Of a DNA stretch of 64,000 bases, positions 58,283 to 64,000 are shown piece after piece. The position numbers and the translations under genes were made by a program. How positions within the stretch are numbered: position 1 is the stretch's first letter; each line of letters opens with the position of its first letter. The notes under the pieces were generated by a model that saw only the letters and a program-made list of their open reading frames with translations, did not search any database and was not told the origin of the DNA. Source of the DNA: Planctomycetota bacterium (GTDB lineage Bacteria; Planctomycetota; PLA2); NCBI GenBank assembly GCA_021776785.1, contig JAJFFF010000043.1:4196-68195 (forward strand), given 5' to 3'.

Positions 58283-59877
58283 ACCGCTCGATCGCTGCCC
58301 TGATGGTATTCGGACTGATCGCACTCCAAGCGCGCGCGCGGGCCGATGTGCTCTACGCCAAAGAGGGCGGCCGCGCGATGATTTCCAACGTGCGCGTCGT
58401 CGAGGAAAAGAACGGCAAGGTCTACTATCAGGACAAGACGCTCAAGGTGCGCGCGTTCCCGAAGAAAATGATCGGGCGCATTGAAGAGAAGCGTTGCGAC
58501 GTCCACGTGTACTTGGCGCGGCTGGAAAAAGCCGAGTCGGCCGATGAGGTCGTCGCCTTGGTCGAATGGGCGCAAGCTCGAAAGTTTCGCGGGGACGCGA
58601 TCGACCGCCTTTACAAGCGCGCGCTCGAACTCGATCCCGACAACGAAGCCGCCAACAAGGCGATGGGGCGCGTGCAATACGACGGGGCGTGGATGACGCC
58701 CGCCGAGAAAGCGAAACGCGAGGCCGACAGCGGCGCCGCCGAGATGCGCGCGAAAGGACTCGTTCCTTGGAAGGGCAAGTGGGTTACCCCTGAGGACAAA
58801 GAACAACTCGAACGCGGCCTCGTGAAGTACCGCGGGCGTTGGATGACCGAGGACCAGGTCAAGCGCGCCCAAGGTTTTGTGAAACACGAGGGGCGCTGGA
58901 TCAAGAAAGACGATCTCGCCGCGGCGGAGCTGATTGGTCCGGCCCGGCGCGACACCGGACTCGGCGCGCGTTTGCTCGTCGTGCAAACCGAGCACTTCGC
59001 GGTGTTGGGCGACCTGCCGCAACCGCAGCTCCAGGAGTTGGGCGGCGTCCTCGAGCGGACGTTCTCGGAATGGCTGCGCCTGTTTCCGGACACGGCCGAC
59101 AATATTTTGGAAGGCAAGTGCCGGGTCTTTGTTTTTCGCAAGGCGCCGCCGTACCAGCGGTTGGTTCGCGCGAAGCACAAGCGTCTCCTCGCAAGCGGCC
59201 GATTTACCGGCGATCGTCTCAAGATCGAAACGCTGCGGATGAAGATGCGCCTGCGCGAGACGAACTTCTGGGAGGTTGTGCCCAACCCGATGACGGTGCA
59301 CGTGCAGATGCCCGACTCGATCGAGGCGCTTCGTTCGCGGTGCGTGCACTACGCCACCAACGTGTTGATGAGTCGCTATCGCGAGATTCGCTTCCCCACG
59401 TGGTGGCTGAACGAGGGCGTGGCGTACTACCTCGAGAAGCGCGTTACGGGCATGATCGTGACGTACAACGTCGATGTGGGAGGCGGCGGCAGCGGTCGCT
59501 ACGCCGGCGAAGGCGGGCCCGTCAACGAGGGCCAAGCCAACCCGTGGATGGACGCCAAGAAGTGGGAGTCCATGCTCAAGCAGCTGGTCATCGCTGGCAA
59601 GGCGCCGTCGCTCGACAAGATGAAGAGCAAGGACCTGTTCACGCCCGGCAACAAGTTGACCGTGCCCGACATCGCCAAGGCGTACACGCTGGTCCGGCTG
59701 CTCGTGCGCATGGATCCAAAAAAGTTCGCCAAGTTTGTCGGCGACGCCAAGACCGGCAAGAGCGAAAACCCGGTCGAGCGCGAAGTCTCCGCGGTGATCA
59801 AGCACTACGGCGGCTACAAGAAAATCGAAGCAAGCTGGGTCGAATACGCGACCAACGGTTTCCGCGTCGGCCGTTAA
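58279..59877 (+). CDS. Exported protein with G-x-V-x-x-x-G-x-W repeats and a degenerate gluzincin-like domain
   Basis: Signal peptide; GRVQYDGAW, GLVPWKGKW, GLVKYRGRW, GFVKHEGRW; HYATN..PTWWLNEGVAYY. Confidence 0.65.
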   Translation: MNRSIAALMVFGLIALQARARADVLYAKEGGRAMISNVRVVEEKNGKVYYQDKTLKVRAFPKKMIGRIEEKRCDVHVYLARLEKAESADEVVALVEWAQARKFRGDAIDRLYKRALELDPDNEAANKAMGRVQYDGAWMTPAEKAKREADSGAAEMRAKGLVPWKGKWVTPEDKEQLERGLVKYRGRWMTEDQVKRAQGFVKHEGRWIKKDDLAAAELIGPARRDTGLGARLLVVQTEHFAVLGDLPQPQLQELGGVLERTFSEWLRLFPDTADNILEGKCRVFVFRKAPPYQRLVRAKHKRLLASGRFTGDRLKIETLRMKMRLRETNFWEVVPNPMTVHVQMPDSIEALRSRCVHYATNVLMSRYREIRFPTWWLNEGVAYYLEKRVTGMIVTYNVDVGGGGSGRYAGEGGPVNEGQANPWMDAKKWESMLKQLVIAGKAPSLDKMKSKDLFTPGNKLTVPDIAKAYTLVRLLVRMDPKKFAKFVGDAKTGKSENPVEREVSAVIKHYGGYKKIEASWVEYATNGFRVGR

Positions 59878-59945
59878 GAGGCCGAATCGCCCCGAATCGA
59901 GAACTTCCGTCCGACGCGCGTCGTCCCGCGTTCTAAACTAGTGCT

Positions 59946-61511
59946 GTGCAGCGGGCTCTCGTACTTGCTCTCTTCTTGTTGATCGGTCACCCGGGGGCGC
60001 TCCGTGCCGCGCCGGAAGAAGGGCGCACGTGGTCCACGCCGGTGTTGTTCCGCGTCCCCGATTCCAAGTCGCGCCAAGAGATCCGCGAGTTGATCGGCTC
60101 CAAACACCTCGGATCCAGTACAGACGGCGAACGAAAGAAAGCGCGCACCAAACTCACCGAATTCGGGGAGTGGGCCGTTCCGGAACTGTCCAAGAGCGTC
60201 ATGGGGCGTGGCAAAGCGCGCGTGCGCATGAACGCGGCGATCGTGCTCGTGCGCATCGGCTCGCGCCGTGGCATCGATCCGCTCGGCACGGCTCTCGCCA
60301 AGGGGGGCGACGCGGGCCTGGAGCTGGTTATACCCGCGCTGGGGCTCGGGCTGTTTCAGCGTCCCCGCGACATCGCCGTGCTCGATGCGGCGTCGCGCAA
60401 GTACAAGTCGCGCTCCGCGATCGCTGCGCTGCTTGCGCTGGCGAAGATGCCCGGGCGCGAACCCGAACGCTTGTTGCGCGCGTACCTAGATGACATGCCG
60501 CGCCGGCCGGGCCTGGTGGCCGCCGCGCGCATCGCGACGACCTTGGTGTTCCCGGACGAAAAACCGGAAGTCGCCTTGGCGAGCAAGGATCGCGTGGTGC
60601 GGATGGCCGCCGCCGTGTGCGTCTGCCTCCGCCCGAGCGCGGCGGCGCGCGACCCGCTGTTGAAGCTGATCGAAAAGGCGCCGCGCGAACGGGACGAAGT
60701 GCGGACGCTTCAGATCCACGCGCTGGCGGCGCTGCCGCGTGACGAATCAATTCGCAATGCTCTCCTCAAGCTCGCGCAAAAGTCCGGCAAGCGTTCCGCT
60801 GCGCGCTGGGCGGCGCTCATGGGGCTGTGCGACGAGCGCGGTCACAAGGAAGATTTCCCAAAACTCGCGCGCCTGTTGCGCGACACCGATGATCGCAACC
60901 CGGCCATGGGGGCGCTGCTGACAGCGATCGTCCGCACGGGGCACGAGGAAGCGACGCCGACCGCGATGCGCGTCTTGGCGCGGCACAAGGCGTCTTCGTT
61001 TGCGGCGGCCTGCGCACTCCTTGTCGAATTCGCGCGCGCCACCGATAAAAAAGTATCGAACGCGGGTATCGACGAGTTGGTGAACCACAGGCGTGACGCG
61101 AAAACGGAAGCGCTCCAAGATCTCCTTCGGGCGGCGGGCAGTGTTGCTCTTGCACCCCTCGCCGACCGTACAAAGCTCGTGCGCGAAACACTGCGCGCCC
61201 TCGACGACGAATTCGTTTTGGACCACTGGTGGCGGGATCGCGACCAGCGCGCGTTCGTGTTGCTGCACCGATTCTTGCCGCGGTTGTTCGAACTCGACGA
61301 GATCGTGGAACGCGCCGACCCGTCCCGCAACGCGCCCGGACTTCCCGGCGGCATCGCCGTCGACCCGAATGCGGGCGGGCCGGGTTCCGGTGACACCGAA
61401 AGAGAAACGCGCAAGCCGGCGCGCGCGAATCCGGAAGAGCAAGACGTGTTCGCCTTCTTGGATGAACGCCCGTACTTCGCACGCGAGGACCGGCGGGAGC
61501 GCACGCGATGA
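59946..61511 (+). CDS. Exported HEAT-repeat protein
   Basis: Signal peptide; VRMNAAIVL, VRMAAAVCV, ARWAALMGL. Confidence 0.65.
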   Translation: MQRALVLALFLLIGHPGALRAAPEEGRTWSTPVLFRVPDSKSRQEIRELIGSKHLGSSTDGERKKARTKLTEFGEWAVPELSKSVMGRGKARVRMNAAIVLVRIGSRRGIDPLGTALAKGGDAGLELVIPALGLGLFQRPRDIAVLDAASRKYKSRSAIAALLALAKMPGREPERLLRAYLDDMPRRPGLVAAARIATTLVFPDEKPEVALASKDRVVRMAAAVCVCLRPSAAARDPLLKLIEKAPRERDEVRTLQIHALAALPRDESIRNALLKLAQKSGKRSAARWAALMGLCDERGHKEDFPKLARLLRDTDDRNPAMGALLTAIVRTGHEEATPTAMRVLARHKASSFAAACALLVEFARATDKKVSNAGIDELVNHRRDAKTEALQDLLRAAGSVALAPLADRTKLVRETLRALDDEFVLDHWWRDRDQRAFVLLHRFLPRLFELDEIVERADPSRNAPGLPGGIAVDPNAGGPGSGDTERETRKPARANPEEQDVFAFLDERPYFAREDRRERTR

Positions 61512-64000
61512 GTTCGGTGCGCGAAGATCAGCTGATTGCCGAGTACGTGCGGCAACAGAAGTTCGCGACGGACGCGCAGATTGCGGAGTGCGTGGGGCTC
61601 GCGGAGCGCATGAGAGCCGAGATGCAGCTCAAGACGTCGCTTTCCGACGTCTTGCTCAAGCGCGGCTACATCAACAAGGCACAGTTCACAGCGCTTGAGC
61701 AAGCCTTTGATCCGGCGGGTGCGGCACGCCGGCGCAACGTGATCCCCGGCTATCAGCTCCTGGATCGCGTTGGCGTTGGTGCGATGGGTTCGGTGTATCG
61801 TGCGAACGATCTTCAATTGGAGATCCCGGTCGCGATCAAGATCTTGCGGCTCGCGCTCGCGTCGTCACCGACGCAGATCGAACGTCTCAAGCGCGAGGCG
61901 CGATTGGTCGCCAAGCTGTCGCATCCCAACATCGTGACCAGCCGCGCCGTCGGTGAGTCGGCGGGGCTGCACTACCTGGTGATGGAGTTCGTGGACGGCG
62001 AAACCGTACGCCAAGCGTTGCGCGGCGGGCCGTTGCCCGAAAAGACAGCGTTGTCGATCGCGCGCGACGTCGCCTTGGCGTTGGAGCACGCGCACGCCGC
62101 GGGCATCATCCATCGCGACGTAAAACCCGGCAACGTCATGCGTGCGACGGACGGCACGATCAAGCTCGCGGACTTCGGATTGGCGCGCGGGAAGGCGCCG
62201 AGCGATCTTACGCTTGAACACGCGTCCATCGGAACACCGCACTACGTCGCGCCCGAGCAGATGCGCCGCGCGTCCGACGCGACCGAGCGCTCCGACCTGT
62301 TCAGCTTGGGGGCGACGATCTATCACATGGTGACGGGGCGTCCGCCGTTTCAGGGCCAGACTCTGGGCGAGATCGTGCAAAACGTCATGGCGTGCCGCTT
62401 CGATCCGCCGGAGAAACTGCGCCCCGACCTCAGCCTCGACGCGATCTTTTTGATCCACAAGCTCATGCGTCCCGATCCGCGCGAACGCTACGCGAACGCG
62501 CGCGCCGTCGTCGAGGACATCGAGCGGTTGGAGCGCGGCGAGTCGATCGCTCCCAACACGTTTCGCGGCGAGTACCGCGCGCACCTGACCGCAAAGCGAT
62601 GGCGCGGCGCGCTCATCGGGGTGGCTGGGTTGTTGCTTGCGGCGATCCCGCTCCTCTGGTGGCTCAACTCGCGCGGCGAACAGCGCGAGCAGGAGAAGTT
62701 TGCCAAGCAGTGTCAGGCGCTGCGTGCCACCGGAAAAAACAAGTGGGATAAAGCCAAGACGATCCCCGAGCTGCGGGCGACGGCCGCCGCCATGGACAAA
62801 GCGTGGCTCGCTGCTGAAACGTGCGGCGGAACGCGCGAGCTCGAAGCCCGTCGGCTGAGGGTAAACGAGAACTTAGACGCGTTGGATCAAGCCGCCGCGG
62901 CGAGCCGGGAAGCGGCGGAACCCGGCAAGAACTATCGGCTCCTGCGCGCCCAAGCGCGAGCCGCGTTGCAGCGCGCGACACTGGACCCCGTGCGCGCCGC
63001 GATCGCGGTCCACGTCGACGCCATCGTCACCGCGTCGGCGCGGGCACTCGAAAAGCGCAAAACCGTGTGGGAGGCAACACCGATCCCGGACCGTAAGGCG
63101 GCGCGCGCGGCCCTCGCTGCGTTCGCGAAGGACGTTCCGGATGCGTTTGTCGATGCGGCCGGGCATGAAAGCCTGGCGCTAAGAAACTCGTTTTCGGAAC
63201 TGGAAGCGTTCGAGAAACTCCAGCGACCGGACTACCTGGCGTTGGAAACCGACGACAACTTTGCGAGCTGGCGCCAGCGGCACAACATCTACACGAAAGC
63301 CTTGAACGAGCGACTCGCGTCGTCGGGTCTCAGCAGTCGCTACCAAGACCTGTTTCGCGATCCCAGATTGGTGACGGCGCACGAAGCGCGCGAGTTCGAA
63401 CATTGGAAGGCCATTGAGAAAAAGGTCGATGCGGCGCTGGCGCGGCGTGATGTCGCGGCGGCGCGCAAGGCGCTCGGTGACTACCCAAGGCGAGCAAACA
63501 AATATCGCAAGGAAGCGGAGGAGAAGGCGACCGCGATCGACCAGTTTGGCAAGAGCAAGAGTGCGGAACAGCAGAAACGACTGGGCGCCTTTCGAATCAC
63601 CTTGCTCCAGGCGCTGACGCGACGTGACTACGCCGCCGCCGCGCGCGTGGGGCGCGACGCGAAGGACGCGCTGGGGTGGACCGACGCCGTCCAGCGCGAC
63701 GTCGATGTGTTCTCCGCTCACGCCCAGCGCTTCGGGCAACTCGCGGGCCTTTTGGAAACAACGCGGAAGGTGCCGCGCCCTTGGACACGGAAGAAAGTCG
63801 AAGCGGCGTTGGCCTCGGACGTGCCGGCGGATGCGTGGCCGATGGCGTACTACTTGTTTGGCGAGTCGTACGCCGCCGTTGACCCACGCGCCGGACGACG
63901 CGGCCTCGACGAAGCCGTTAGCTACTTCCGTGGCGCGAACCGCTGGCGTCTCGTCGATGAGCGCAGCGACGAACTCAACGAGTTGTTGAAACAGCGCGAG
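61508..64000 (+). CDS. Hanks-type Ser/Thr protein kinase with TM helix and helical C-terminal region (runs off the window)
   Basis: Hand-translated from ATG 61508 (ATGA overlap): VGVGAMGSVY, VAIK, HPNIV, HRDVKPGN, LADFGLA, GTPHYVAPEQ, SDLFSLG; TM ALIGVAGLLLAAIPLLWW. Confidence 0.92.
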   Translation, partial: MSSVREDQLIAEYVRQQKFATDAQIAECVGLAERMRAEMQLKTSLSDVLLKRGYINKAQFTALEQAFDPAGAARRRNVIPGYQLLDRVGVGAMGSVYRANDLQLEIPVAIKILRLALASSPTQIERLKREARLVAKLSHPNIVTSRAVGESAGLHYLVMEFVDGETVRQALRGGPLPEKTALSIARDVALALEHAHAAGIIHRDVKPGNVMRATDGTIKLADFGLARGKAPSDLTLEHASIGTPHYVAPEQMRRASDATERSDLFSLGATIYHMVTGRPPFQGQTLGEIVQNVMACRFDPPEKLRPDLSLDAIFLIHKLMRPDPRERYANARAVVEDIERLERGESIAPNTFRGEYRAHLTAKRWRGALIGVAGLLLAAIPLLWWLNSRGEQREQEKFAKQCQALRATGKNKWDKAKTIPELRATAAAMDKAWLAAETCGGTRELEARRLRVNENLDALDQAAAASREAAEPGKNYRLLRAQARAALQRATLDPVRAAIAVHVDAIVTASARALEKRKTVWEATPIPDRKAARAALAAFAKDVPDAFVDAAGHESLALRNSFSELEAFEKLQRPDYLALETDDNFASWRQRHNIYTKALNERLASSGLSSRYQDLFRDPRLVTAHEAREFEHWKAIEKKVDAALARRDVAAARKALGDYPRRANKYRKEAEEKATAIDQFGKSKSAEQQKRLGAFRITLLQALTRRDYAAAARVGRDAKDALGWTDAVQRDVDVFSAHAQRFGQLAGLLETTRKVPRPWTRKKVEAALASDVPADAWPMAYYLFGESYAAVDPRAGRRGLDEAVSYFRGANRWRLVDERSDELNELLKQRE

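Overview
High-GC bacterial chromosomal segment, probably Planctomycetota. That placement is an inference from HEAT-repeat proteins, an ECF sigma fused to carboxypeptidase-regulatory-like repeats, an FHA-GAF-sigma54 activator, a Hanks kinase and an alpha2-type glyQS. About 48 CDSs were called. Housekeeping genes include an RluA-family synthase, propionyl/methylmalonyl-CoA genes, pdxH, glyQS, pgsA, split coaC/coaB, gmk-yicC-secG-tpiA and aroF. No rRNA, tRNA, CRISPR array or transposase was seen. Best candidates for undescribed biology: (1) a five-gene operon at 48.3-53.8 kb encoding a TPR-CHAT (caspase-like) protease, an S8 subtilase, two paralogous small proteins sharing a G-[VT]-R-G motif and a sensor-less histidine kinase; (2) a ~1230-aa protein with a complete S1-S4 voltage-sensor domain but no recognisable pore, coupled between MscS and an MBOAT acyltransferase; (3) an FtsK-4TM-like membrane protein with a long acidic tract in place of the motor; (4) a candidate sRNA with C-rich loops; (5) a 276-bp element bounded by perfect 31-bp inverted repeats; (6) widespread apparent leaderless promoters. 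All calls come from reading motifs by eye; no searches were run.
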